Assembly (NCBI GenBank): GCA_046350775.1
Contig: JAXLZS010000001.1
Location: 287,930 to 351,929, forward strand
Length of the DNA stretch: 64,000 bases
Direction: 5' to 3'
Source of the DNA: Minisyncoccota bacterium
Lineage (GTDB): Bacteria; Patescibacteriota; Minisyncoccia; Phycocordibacterales; UBA5272
This document shows positions 28,535 to 38,373 of the stretch, piece after piece (position 1 is the stretch's first letter; each line of letters starts with the position of its first letter). The translations under genes were made by a program, and so were the position numbers. The notes under the pieces are model-generated. The model was not told the origin of the DNA and did no database searches. It saw only the letters and a program-made list of their open reading frames with translations.

Positions 28535-30991
28535 TTATTGATTTAATGTCTTTATATAGGCATCAACTTGTGTCTTTAGGTCAGGTCTAATCTTTGATAC
28601 AGAATTTAAAAGACTTATAGCCATATATTTATTACCTGTATCAGCATAAAGCTTTGCCAATACCACCATAGAGTTCACATCATTAGGATTTTTGTCGATA
28701 TTATTATTTAAGATAGATATTATTCTATCTTTAGCTCCTGCTGCCAAATATGCAGATGTCACATCTTCATTTACAGCCATAACACCATTTTCATCTTTTA
28801 GAAGTTTCTCAGCTGTAGTGAAATCTTTTACATATATACTTGTAATTGAGTAAATATTTTTTGCTTGATCATATGTAGAATCATTATCATATATAGATTT
28901 CGCAACTTGATTGGCTGTGTTTACGTCATTTACACTAAGCAATTCTTGCACATATTCTGTGCCAATAGTTTGCTTTTTTGGAGCATATTCATATGCCATT
29001 TTTCCATATTTTACAGCTCCAGCATAATCGCCTATACTTCTTAAAAATATCGAATAGATAGACAAACTTCTAGGATCAGGATGAGCAGAATCTACAATAT
29101 CAGAATAAGCATTTTTAGTAGCTGATATATAATTTGATAATAATTGATAAATAGGAAGATATTCTTCTGTTTGTGGAATATTGGCACTACTTATCTGATT
29201 GATGAGACCTAGAGTCTGCTGTGCTAATTGCTCACGACTCTCCATCTTTGCAATTCCACCAGTCTTGGTCGCTTTTTCAAAAGATGAAAGACTTCTATTG
29301 AGAGCTTCTATGGGACTTTCCCCATTCTTTATTTGAGGAGTTAGACCTCCTATTATATTTCTATTAGCGATAATGTAATTTATATTTAAGAAATATAGCG
29401 ATGATAATAGAGCAATGGCCACCACTGGACCCCATATAACAGTTTTACTTCTTTTGATTTTTGCATCAATACTTACAACTTTTGTCTCTACAGGTTTATT
29501 GAAAGCAAAATTAATATAAGCTAGTACCACAAAGAATAATATATAAGATATTAAATTATCAAATACAAATATATTATGAATAAAATAAGCTATCAAGAGA
29601 CCTGTTAAAAGTGATTTTTCCAAGAATTCAGATCTGGTATTTTTATGAGACTTCGCATATTTTGAAAACCATATAGTCCAAATAGCCGAAAAATAAAGAG
29701 CAAGATAAGCAAGAAGACCAATAATACCTCCAGCTATCAACCAATCCATAAACACATTATGTGTCCTGTCAAACCATGGCTCTTGAGCATACATACGAGC
29801 ATCATTATGCTTTGCAAATACATAAAAGTAATTATCTTGACCCCAACCAAGTATTGGTCTTTCTCTTGCTCCAGATAAAGACATTTTTATGTTAAGAAGA
29901 CGAGAAGTAAAAGTTCCATCTCCAGAAATTGCAAGCAGACTCTGATAAGTAGATGTAGGATTATAAAGTTCGGTTTTTAATTCTCCAACTTTACTCACAA
30001 AAGTGACAGGGTTGGCAAAAGAAGCAACTTTAGAGAGTTTATTTAGTGTTCCGGAACTTTGAATAAAGCTTGTATTCTTTAAAGATACAAGACCTACAAA
30101 AATAGCTAAAATAGCTACCACCACTCCTAGAGAAATCTTTCTTAGAGATTTTAGCTCTTCGAATTTCTTACCACCAAAATAAATTATAACAGCTGAGACA
30201 AACACACCAACAGCAAAACCGACCTGAGCTCCACGAGTCTGAGTATAATAGAGTGCTATTAGATTTAGGATCACCATAAGTCCATAGATCCAGCTGTTTT
30301 TATTTTTCTCCATCTTACTCTCAATATAACTAATAAAGAAAAGGAAAATGAAAAATACTGAATAGATGGCTAGATAAGTAGAGTTTCCAAGTGATGAGTC
30401 TAGCTGACTTCCCCCTTGAGATGGATAAAATACTTTATGTATAGCATCACGAAGAGCTGGCAGATAATTCATCGGAGTAAATGTAGATAGACCGAGTAAC
30501 TGCAAGAAAGCCAAAAGCAATACTGGGATATTTGAGATAAATAATACAACTTTATATTCTTTCCAAGCAGTCTTTGTCTTAAACATTGAGACTAGTATTA
30601 AAAAGTATAAAAAGAGATGAGCATGTCCAACAAATCCTTCCATTCTTTCAAAGTTCGAGAAGAAAGCACGAGTAGGATTGATTGAAAATATATCAGCCAA
30701 TAAAAGCACAAATACAAAAGCTGAATATATCCAAAGTATCAAAGACTTTTTTGGTCTATATTCTTTGTTCAAGATCATGAGCATTAGCCATGCCGCTGCT
30801 GCGATTTCTACTAATATTCTAAAAGCAAAGTTTTTTCCTGTGATGTATGGGAAAAGCATTGAATTCCAAGCTGCTCCAATACCAAATCCAGAAACATAAA
30901 ATGCTAAAAATGGGATAATAGCTAAAGATAAATAAATCACCCATTTCAAAAATTTATTATCTTTGTTGTCGTCAAAACTTAATTTTTTCAT
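28535..30991 (-). CDS. O-antigen ligase / O-oligosaccharyltransferase family membrane protein with C-terminal TPR-like region
   Basis: many TM helices, SSLGNS, TQTRGA, PILGWGQDN, DRTHN...GIIGLL. Confidence 0.85.
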   Translation of the reverse strand: MKKLSFDDNKDNKFLKWVIYLSLAIIPFLAFYVSGFGIGAAWNSMLFPYITGKNFAFRILVEIAAAAWLMLMILNKEYRPKKSLILWIYSAFVFVLLLADIFSINPTRAFFSNFERMEGFVGHAHLFLYFLILVSMFKTKTAWKEYKVVLFISNIPVLLLAFLQLLGLSTFTPMNYLPALRDAIHKVFYPSQGGSQLDSSLGNSTYLAIYSVFFIFLFFISYIESKMEKNKNSWIYGLMVILNLIALYYTQTRGAQVGFAVGVFVSAVIIYFGGKKFEELKSLRKISLGVVVAILAIFVGLVSLKNTSFIQSSGTLNKLSKVASFANPVTFVSKVGELKTELYNPTSTYQSLLAISGDGTFTSRLLNIKMSLSGARERPILGWGQDNYFYVFAKHNDARMYAQEPWFDRTHNVFMDWLIAGGIIGLLAYLALYFSAIWTIWFSKYAKSHKNTRSEFLEKSLLTGLLIAYFIHNIFVFDNLISYILFFVVLAYINFAFNKPVETKVVSIDAKIKRSKTVIWGPVVAIALLSSLYFLNINYIIANRNIIGGLTPQIKNGESPIEALNRSLSSFEKATKTGGIAKMESREQLAQQTLGLINQISSANIPQTEEYLPIYQLLSNYISATKNAYSDIVDSAHPDPRSLSIYSIFLRSIGDYAGAVKYGKMAYEYAPKKQTIGTEYVQELLSVNDVNTANQVAKSIYDNDSTYDQAKNIYSITSIYVKDFTTAEKLLKDENGVMAVNEDVTSAYLAAGAKDRIISILNNNIDKNPNDVNSMVVLAKLYADTGNKYMAISLLNSVSKIRPDLKTQVDAYIKTLNQ

Positions 30992-31124
30992 AATTTATTT
31001 TAAAATTCTTAAATTTCTTATGGAAATAATAAGAAAAACACCCTATATTAATAATCCTAGAATTATATCATAATAAATATCCCCCAAACACTTGTTTTTA
31101 TTTGGATTTATTGTCAAAATCTAA

Positions 31125-31281
31125 ACTTGACAAATAAATACCAATATGCTATACTGTATTATAGTGAGAATTGGCTCTTTAAAATATATTGTTTTTAGTT
31201 GTTATTGTTTGGTGATTTTAGGGATTAAAATTTTGATCTTTAAAATCACTAAACAATTTTAAACAAACTAAAAAGATAATC
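31125..31281 (+). promoter_or_regulatory. conserved promoter/boxA-like/hairpin leader, copy 1
   Basis: TTGACA 31127, TATACT 31150, GCTCTTTAAAA 31174, 21-bp stem 31205-31225/31236-31256; repeated at 31807. Confidence 0.85.
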
Positions 31282-31707
31282 ATGAAAAAATTAGTAGTAG
31301 TAAACAGAAAATTTTTTGAAGAAATTGAAGATACTGGTCTTGGTTCTTGCAAATTCACTTTTACACTTATTAAAGATGCTTTGGACAATTATTCAGTTCT
31401 TTGCCCAAAAAAAACTGACAGCTGGATAAATACTATGGACTATCCAGATCAGATAAGAGAAAGTAAAAAACTATTCCCTAATAATGAAATCGTATGTTTT
31501 GGAATAATAGAAATACAAAACAGAATTAACTATCCAGGACCAAGTAATGTAATCATCAGTAGCCCTAGCATATCTTTTGAAGTGGAAGAAGCCAACTTAA
31601 ACCTATCTAATGCTATAAAAACCGCAGAAGTTCTTAAAGAGGCATTTAAAAATGTTTACGGCTGGTGGGAGAAATCACCCTTCAATTTTAAAGAAATTCC
31701 TTATTGA
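31282..31707 (+). CDS. orphan hypothetical protein (cassette 1)
   Basis: 141-aa ORF between conserved leader and terminator. Confidence 0.75.
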   Translation: MKKLVVVNRKFFEEIEDTGLGSCKFTFTLIKDALDNYSVLCPKKTDSWINTMDYPDQIRESKKLFPNNEIVCFGIIEIQNRINYPGPSNVIISSPSISFEVEEANLNLSNAIKTAEVLKEAFKNVYGWWEKSPFNFKEIPY

Positions 31708-31724
31708 ATTAAAGGCTAAACCAA

Positions 31725-31752
31725 AAAACTCTTTCAATCCTGAAAGAGTTTT
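31725..31752. terminator. terminator of cassette 1
   Basis: AAAACTCTTTCA-atcc-TGAAAGAGTTTT. Confidence 0.8.
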
Positions 31753-31753
31753 A

Positions 31754-31787
31754 ATTTTTATATTTCCTTCACCATGTATGTCCCCTC
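31754..31787 (-). repeat. displaced duplicate of the elp3 3' end
   Basis: 31/34 nt identical to 32338-32371; encodes EGTYMVKEI* versus EGTYMVKEL*. Confidence 0.9.
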
Positions 31788-31806
31788 AAAATAAAAACAA
31801 AATAAT

Positions 31807-31960
31807 ACTTGACATTTTATACTATATATGCTACACTGTATTATAGTGAGAATTAGCTCTTTAAAATAAATTTTTAGTTGTTATTGTTTGGTGATTTTAG
31901 GGATTAAATTTGGATCTTTAAAATCACTAAACAATTTTAAAAAACTAAAAAATAAAAACA
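31807..31960 (+). promoter_or_regulatory. conserved promoter/boxA-like/hairpin leader, copy 2
   Basis: TTGACA 31809, TACACT 31832, GCTCTTTAAAA 31856, stem 31884-31904/31914-31934 identical to copy 1. Confidence 0.85.
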
Positions 31961-32287
31961 ATGAAAAAAGTATTTTTTGTAGAAATCGCAATTATGATGG
32001 ATCTGAGACTTGGAGTAAATTATTCTGATGTACCAGAAAAAAAAGAAGATAGACTTCGAAATTTAATATCTGGTCTATCAAAAATAATCCAAGATACTAA
32101 AGGACTTATTAAAAAAATTAAATGTGATAATGATAAATCAACTATCACAATTAATTTCTATAAAAACTATGGAATAGAATTAAAAGAAGATATTCCATGG
32201 AACATACTTAAAGACACTGAAAAAGATGCCTTACGAAATGGACTAGTGGCTTTTTCAGAAGCAATTAAAAATACTATTTGTCATTAA
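31961..32287 (+). CDS. orphan hypothetical protein (cassette 2)
   Basis: 108-aa ORF between conserved leader and terminator. Confidence 0.75.
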   Translation: MKKVFFVEIAIMMDLRLGVNYSDVPEKKEDRLRNLISGLSKIIQDTKGLIKKIKCDNDKSTITINFYKNYGIELKEDIPWNILKDTEKDALRNGLVAFSEAIKNTICH

Positions 32288-32310
32288 CCATAATTCAGAT
32301 AGTAAATAAA

Positions 32311-32331
32311 ACCAGCATAAGATATGCTGGT
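32311..32331. terminator. terminator between cassette 2 and elp3
   Basis: ACCAGCATA-aga-TATGCTGGT. Confidence 0.75.
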
Positions 32332-32341
32332 ATTTCTATTT

Positions 32342-34144
32342 TTATAATTCCTTAACCATATATGTCCCCTCTAAATGATACCCGAGCTTTTTGTAATATT
32401 CACGCACACCGACACCAGATATCACGGCGATTTTTTTATAATTATTTTCTTTTGCAATTCTCTCGGCCTCTCTCATCAATCTTTTTCCAAATCCAATATG
32501 TTGAGATTGAGTCCCCTCTTCTCCAAATTTTTTGACAGTTCCATAGACATGCAGCTCTCTTATGAGTGCGCATTTATCTATGAGGACTTTTAAGTTTTCA
32601 TATTTTGTTAGTTCATTATCAAAATGGTCAGACTGAAGTCGGAGCCTACAAAATCCAGCCAATTTATCATTATCATTTTTATTTATATATTCTAGGAAAT
32701 ACTCTCTACCATACTGAGTATCATATTCTGTCACTCGCAATTCAAAATCTTTTTCATCGACTTCTGTATCTCTGATTTCTCTTGCTCTGATATCTTGCTG
32801 GATAAATCCATTTTTCTTTTGATATTCATCTACCAGCTCACGCATATTACTCTTTTTACTTGAAGCGAGAATATATGTCGCAGGAATATCGCGTATCATG
32901 CGTATCACACGAGTATAATTTTTTATTTCTTTCTCACAATCAGCGAGAACTTTTACAAGAGTATCGTCGTCATAAGGCTCGTATTTGAATTCTTTTATTT
33001 CTTTTGTCTCTCTATCTTTATAGACTCTTTTGGTAAACATTTTATAGAGAAGACTTGTCTTTAGTATGACACATGGATAGACTTTGAGCATGTCCGGATG
33101 AAAATCTTTTGAATTATAAAGATCCTTGAACATCTGCACATCCATCTCAGGATTTGATTCTGGTAAATTTGGCATCATATGGTAGACGAATTTAAATCCG
33201 GCGCTACGCATCATCTCTGTCGCCTGCGCAATACTTTCACGAGTCATCTCGCGCGCATTAAAATCGAGAACATGTTGATCAAGATGCTGGACACCTATCT
33301 CTATTTTTGTCACTCCTAGATAGCGAAGCCAGTTTAATGTTTCAAAATTTATATAGTCAGGTCTTGTCTCAGTAGAAAGACCGATAATGCGGCACTCTGC
33401 TGTCTCATTTTCTTTTTGAAGATCTAATAATTTTTTATCTGAAGAAATTCCTTTTGAGAATGTTTCGCGAAGCGGGGCCCCATTCGAAAAAGAAATTTCT
33501 GGTGATGGTTTATAATTATTTGCGGCACGAAAAATTTCTTTTATAAAATATTCTTGATAATCTTTTTGATAATAATCAAAAGTGCCGCCGATGACTATCA
33601 CTTCGAGTTTGTTTATAGGATGACCATTCATCTCAAGAGCCTTTAATCTTGAAGTAAACTGAAGATATGGATCAAAATTATTAGCGAGAGCTCTCGCGGC
33701 AGCCGGCTCTTTGGACAAATATGATTTTGGCATCCTAGCTTCTGTCGGACAATAAATACACCTTCCTGGACATGGATACGGCTTGGTAAGAAGTGAAACC
33801 ACAGTCACACCACTATTGCTTCTTACTTTTAATCTTTTTAAAAGTTGCTCGAGCTCTTTTTTTCTTTCATCACTCAAAATCTCTTTTCCTTCAGCGATCC
33901 TCTTTTGAAATAAAACTAACAATTCACTATTTGTAGGAGTTTTAGTCTTTCCTCTCTCGTGTGCTTTTTTTTCTAAATTTAAGATTTTTTGTACCAAAGT
34001 CTTTGCTCTTAAGAATTTTTGCTTTTTGGCCATATCTTCACGTATAGCGACTATCTCATGGTACAAATCCGCGTCTTTTGTGATAAGTCGCTTGAGATTG
34101 TTTAAGTCTTTTTCTGTATAGACTTTTGAAAAAATATTATTCAT
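32342..34144 (-). CDS. elp3: Elp3-family radical SAM / acetyltransferase (tRNA U34 modification)
   Basis: CPGRCIYCP, GGTF, ETRPD, RELHVYG, QHIGFG, VISGVGVREYY; start at MNNIF. Confidence 0.93.
   Translation of the reverse strand: MNNIFSKVYTEKDLNNLKRLITKDADLYHEIVAIREDMAKKQKFLRAKTLVQKILNLEKKAHERGKTKTPTNSELLVLFQKRIAEGKEILSDERKKELEQLLKRLKVRSNSGVTVVSLLTKPYPCPGRCIYCPTEARMPKSYLSKEPAAARALANNFDPYLQFTSRLKALEMNGHPINKLEVIVIGGTFDYYQKDYQEYFIKEIFRAANNYKPSPEISFSNGAPLRETFSKGISSDKKLLDLQKENETAECRIIGLSTETRPDYINFETLNWLRYLGVTKIEIGVQHLDQHVLDFNAREMTRESIAQATEMMRSAGFKFVYHMMPNLPESNPEMDVQMFKDLYNSKDFHPDMLKVYPCVILKTSLLYKMFTKRVYKDRETKEIKEFKYEPYDDDTLVKVLADCEKEIKNYTRVIRMIRDIPATYILASSKKSNMRELVDEYQKKNGFIQQDIRAREIRDTEVDEKDFELRVTEYDTQYGREYFLEYINKNDNDKLAGFCRLRLQSDHFDNELTKYENLKVLIDKCALIRELHVYGTVKKFGEEGTQSQHIGFGKRLMREAERIAKENNYKKIAVISGVGVREYYKKLGYHLEGTYMVKEL
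33443..33500. repeat. in-frame palindromic element within elp3
   Basis: 20-nt arms matching at 17/20 around a GC-rich core containing CGCGAAGCG. Confidence 0.65.
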
Positions 34145-34197
34145 AATATTTAAATAATATAGATACTTTATCAAATTTTAGTGAAAAATAAAAATAA

Positions 34198-34228
34198 AAA
34201 ATCCCTCATCTCTATGGTGAGGGATTTT
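34198..34228 (-). terminator. terminator of the 35239 ORF
   Basis: AAAATCCCTCA/TGAGGGATTTT. Confidence 0.8.
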
Positions 34229-34252
34229 GAGAGGAAATATTTTCATATTACA

Positions 34253-35239
34253 TCACACGTCCAGTTTTTTTAACTTAAGGTTTCTTTTTGCTCCGGACAC
34301 AAAGCCGTCTATGAAATCCGGCAAAAATAGCATGAGAATTAAAACAATAAGCATTGTAGTGATATTTATTTCTCCAAAATAAATTCCAGCAAAAAAGGCT
34401 GCAATCGTAGCTATCCATAAATCTATAGGAATAGCAAAGAAAACATCCACAATTTTTCTACTGAAAAATAATGAAGAAAATAAGAAACTCAAAACAAAAG
34501 ACGAGGCAAAATAAGATAGTGTATATGGTATCAAATTTAAGTGATTTCCATAACCTTTACAATTAAGGACCATAGAAATAAAATGAATAAATCCAAAAGA
34601 TAAAAATGGTAATATGAGATGAAAACGGGAAAAATATTGGAATTCTTTTTTCTTTTCCATCACATCAGAATCAATTTCTTTTTCAAGCTCAGTCATATTT
34701 TCAGGTTTGGTTTTCTTTACTTCAAAAATGTTAAAAGCTTCGTGCTTTACATATTTAAAGGAATAAGCCAAAAGAAAGAAAATAATGAAAATAGAACATA
34801 CGGTCCAAGATTTCCAGTTGGCTTCCGGCTGCTTATAATCCTGTTTTGCTTCTTTGTAGAAAATACCATTTTTCAAAATGTCATAAGAAACAACTTTCTG
34901 CTCCTGATAAAGAAAGTTAGAAAATAAACTTCTTTCTGAACTATCCACTACTATTGATGAATAAAAGCTGCCAGCATATTTTTCGCTACCATATTTTTTA
35001 TAAGCCAAACTATCAACTATTGGATAGCGGATATTTTGATAAATAAATGTTGGCAGAGAAAAATTTTTAACGGAGTCACATACTTTACATCCTCCATTGG
35101 TATTATTCCAACCTGGTCCCCAATTTTTTGGGTCTTGATAGTCAGCCTTTTTTGTGTTTGCTTTGCTTTGCGAATAGTTTTTTGTCGCAAAAATTCCTGA
35201 CAATAAAAATACTGTCAGAAAAAATAGTAATTTTTTCAT
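34253..35239 (-). CDS. orphan membrane protein with signal peptide
   Basis: signal peptide ending YSQ, CKVC motif, about 5 C-terminal TM helices. Confidence 0.75.
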   Translation of the reverse strand: MKKLLFFLTVFLLSGIFATKNYSQSKANTKKADYQDPKNWGPGWNNTNGGCKVCDSVKNFSLPTFIYQNIRYPIVDSLAYKKYGSEKYAGSFYSSIVVDSSERSLFSNFLYQEQKVVSYDILKNGIFYKEAKQDYKQPEANWKSWTVCSIFIIFFLLAYSFKYVKHEAFNIFEVKKTKPENMTELEKEIDSDVMEKKKEFQYFSRFHLILPFLSFGFIHFISMVLNCKGYGNHLNLIPYTLSYFASSFVLSFLFSSLFFSRKIVDVFFAIPIDLWIATIAAFFAGIYFGEINITTMLIVLILMLFLPDFIDGFVSGAKRNLKLKKLDV

Positions 35240-35470
35240 ACTTTGATAAATTTAGGTTATTTAAAAAAAATTGTTTTTTGAAATTAAAAATAAAAAAGAT
35301 ATATATGAAGTTAGAATTTTCAATTAGAAAAATAGTTTTAAAAAACCTAAAATTTATTCAATTTTTGGCTTTTGTTTTTAAAGGACAAATACAAGGCATA
35401 TACTATAGTATAAAAAGTATTTAGTCAATATTAAAAAATAATATTATCTAGAACTTGTTTTAAGGAAAAA

Positions 35471-36733
35471 TTAGTTGGCGACTATGATTGTATATACAGA
35501 TATAGTATTTGAAGTAGGACTATCTTTTAAGAAGATATTTACTTTGCTGCCAGATGATCCCCAAGACCTGTTTCCGTAAATAGTAAATGCCCAAGCCTTT
35601 TGTGAAGACAGACTTGTCGCCTCATAAAAGCTTCCGTTAACACCTGTAGAGACCGGAGAATAGCTGGAAGATTTTGAGCAATCAGAGCTTCCTAAGTTTA
35701 TACAAATACTTGGACTACTAGAGTTGCTCGAAAATGTAAAGAATAAATTATTACCCTTGGATAATGAGATAGTACCTCCTAATGAAGAGAGTTTATTGTT
35801 GTTGAGAACTAGAGAATTGGCAGATTGTGTCTGTGTAGTAGTTGGCGGTATCACGATGTTAGAATTTGCAGTTGGAGTAACAGATGTATACTCTGCTGTG
35901 CTGGATTTAGAAGGTGTAGCTTTTGTTGTTGGTATTACAGTAGTTTTTTTAGTAGTTGACACAGAGCTAGTATTTATTTTTGTTGAATTTTTACTAGGAG
36001 AAAGGGGCTTGTCTACGTAGGTCACCTTTGGATACTTTACACAAGTTAATTCTTTTAATATATCTCTAGTCTCTACTGTGACTGTACCTGTCACACTTAG
36101 CTCATTTCTATATTGAAATCTTTTTACTCCCATCTCTGTGGCTCTGCCATAAAATCCTGTAGCCCCAGTTTCTAAAAATCCCCTATCTGTCAGATAACTT
36201 TGTATAGCGGACACTTCTCCACCAGTATTAGAATCTCTTATACCATAAGATAAATCATGACTAAGTGATAGACAATAAGGATAATCAGTAGGATCAAGAT
36301 TTAAAAAAGGTCCTGACGCCAAACTTGGATCTGGCATAATTGTATTCTCATAATTATTAGCTGTCACTACAGGGACAATATTATTTGTTGACGCGTTAGC
36401 ATTTCCAGAGACTACTACACCATTATTAACTGTGGTTGTGGTCACGACCGGATTATTGTTTGAATTATTATTTATTGTTGGGTTTGTAGGATCATATGTC
36501 ACATCTTGCGTATATCCACTCTGTCTGAGATTATATTCATCATCAACCAAATTATATCCTGGAGGACATGTGTATTGATCATCAATGACAACAAAAACTT
36601 TTGATTGAGGATTGGCACATAATATCAATGTAGCATTAGCCTTGCTTCTTGGAAAGAAAATAAAAGCAGATACAATTATAAAAAGTATCAGAAAATAAGA
36701 TGAAATATTAACTATTTTTTTTCGAATATTCAT
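35471..36733 (-). CDS. exported protein with peptidoglycan-binding domain
   Basis: LSYG..GGEVSAIQSYL...G.YG..TE.GVKRFQ...TG.V PG_binding_1 pattern; start at MNIRKK. Confidence 0.8.
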   Translation of the reverse strand: MNIRKKIVNISSYFLILFIIVSAFIFFPRSKANATLILCANPQSKVFVVIDDQYTCPPGYNLVDDEYNLRQSGYTQDVTYDPTNPTINNNSNNNPVVTTTTVNNGVVVSGNANASTNNIVPVVTANNYENTIMPDPSLASGPFLNLDPTDYPYCLSLSHDLSYGIRDSNTGGEVSAIQSYLTDRGFLETGATGFYGRATEMGVKRFQYRNELSVTGTVTVETRDILKELTCVKYPKVTYVDKPLSPSKNSTKINTSSVSTTKKTTVIPTTKATPSKSSTAEYTSVTPTANSNIVIPPTTTQTQSANSLVLNNNKLSSLGGTISLSKGNNLFFTFSSNSSSPSICINLGSSDCSKSSSYSPVSTGVNGSFYEATSLSSQKAWAFTIYGNRSWGSSGSKVNIFLKDSPTSNTISVYTIIVAN

Positions 36734-36756
36734 AATAATAGTCTTACTACACACTA

Positions 36757-38205
36757 TTAGTATATCAGATTTTTTAGCCATTTTATTAAATCAGTATCCA
36801 CAGCTTTATCTTTCTTAACATTCTCAGAATATTCTTTACGATTTTTTGTATTTACCACTTTTGTTGGCTCTATTTTACTAATATCTAGAGAGCTCAAGAC
36901 TAAATGTCTTAATATACTGACATCATTTACTGTAGAAACAGATTTTAAATCATCATTCTTTATATTTTCAGGATTACGATTCAAAACTTTTTGAGAAATC
37001 TGTTTTTCTGTTGTGACATCGGTCAAGCTGGAAAATTTTTGAGCAACTTTTATATCTTTTTTAAGATTTTCAGATGTGTTTATTGGAGAAGAACTTGAGA
37101 CTACAGAAGATGTTCCAACTTCTTGTTTTATAGAATAATCCAATAAAAGATTTTTATCCGGATAATTTAAAGATATATGCATTGCTGGCAACTTAAATCC
37201 AAGCGCCTCTCCCGACACATGTACAGTCTTCTTTTTGTCTATGACAAAATTCTTTGGTAATTTATAAAAAGTATTATCAATATTCAAATAAAAATTTGAT
37301 AAAAATAAATCATAATCAGTATTGTTTTGTAAGTCTATATAATTCTCTTTTCCGCCGGATCCTACTTTTATTATTTTTATATCTGGGGTCACGACTGTGA
37401 CTTTCATTTTCGCTTGAGCACCGCCCATATATCCATCAGCACTAGCAATCAAAGTATATTCTCCAGGATAAGTGTAGTGATACGAAGTCTTACTATCAAA
37501 TTTTTCTCCACCGTCTCCAAAGCTCCAATTAAAATCAAGTCCATTTAGTATATTTTTTTGAGAATCAAGCACTTTTACAACATATTCTACATCTGCTCCA
37601 GCTGGCACAACCCTTTCTTCTGGTAAAAGTACTTGTATGTCTCCATATTTATTCTGATTATTACTAGGAACATAGACATAGACCGTGTTGGTTATTACTG
37701 TATTTGTATTTGTAGTTGTAGAATTTGTGGAGGTCGCATTTGTAGATGTCGAATTTGTACTAGTAGAATTATTTACAGTATTGCCAGAACCGCAAGAGGT
37801 GGAAGATAAAGTATCAAGACTCGCAACATCAAAAGATGTAATGTCGTCACTTTTTTTAAATAAAAGACTATCCCCTACTTTTACTCCTAATGAAGAATGA
37901 AATACTGGACAAGATATATTTTGAAGTACTTGTCTGCTTTCATCTTTTGCAATTATAAAATATGAATTTGCTGGTATTAAAAATGAGGACCCAATATTTG
38001 TGGTAGAGATAGCATGCCCATTTGTAGATGCTCCACTATCAAAAACTTTGTATCCTGTGATGTCTACCGATTCAGATTTGTCATTATAAATCTCAATCCA
38101 AGGATATGATACTGGTCCAGATACTTTTGTTATCTGAAAAGCCAAAGAACTTTGCAAAGATGAAATAAACAAAATAAAGAACATTAAAATATATTTATTT
38201 TTCAT
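36757..38205 (-). CDS. exported protein with lamin-tail-like and PKD domains
   Basis: WIEIYN...VDITGYK; FNWSFGDG...YHY.YPGEY. Confidence 0.8.
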   Translation of the reverse strand: MKNKYILMFFILFISSLQSSLAFQITKVSGPVSYPWIEIYNDKSESVDITGYKVFDSGASTNGHAISTTNIGSSFLIPANSYFIIAKDESRQVLQNISCPVFHSSLGVKVGDSLLFKKSDDITSFDVASLDTLSSTSCGSGNTVNNSTSTNSTSTNATSTNSTTTNTNTVITNTVYVYVPSNNQNKYGDIQVLLPEERVVPAGADVEYVVKVLDSQKNILNGLDFNWSFGDGGEKFDSKTSYHYTYPGEYTLIASADGYMGGAQAKMKVTVVTPDIKIIKVGSGGKENYIDLQNNTDYDLFLSNFYLNIDNTFYKLPKNFVIDKKKTVHVSGEALGFKLPAMHISLNYPDKNLLLDYSIKQEVGTSSVVSSSSPINTSENLKKDIKVAQKFSSLTDVTTEKQISQKVLNRNPENIKNDDLKSVSTVNDVSILRHLVLSSLDISKIEPTKVVNTKNRKEYSENVKKDKAVDTDLIKWLKNLIY

Positions 38206-38373
38206 ATTAAAATATTTGATATTTGATAAAAGTACAAATATATTGTATCACTATTTTATGTTAAATATTTGTTAAGAGAGTGTTATAAATAAAAAAATTT
38301 AGAGTATTATTAATATATAGACGTGTAGAAAATCTACTCTATAAGAAAATATTAATATATAAATAATAAAAAT

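Noticed and set aside
31060-31090. Possible third, eroded elp3-tail copy (TATCCCCCAAA) before cassette 1
   Set aside because: Only about 10 nt resemble the tail and the reading is not preserved; too weak
31125-31960. CRISPR array or classical integron attC interpretation of the repeats
   Set aside because: Only two long copies, spacers are whole genes, no cas or intI gene, and no RYYYAAC/GTTRRRY ends
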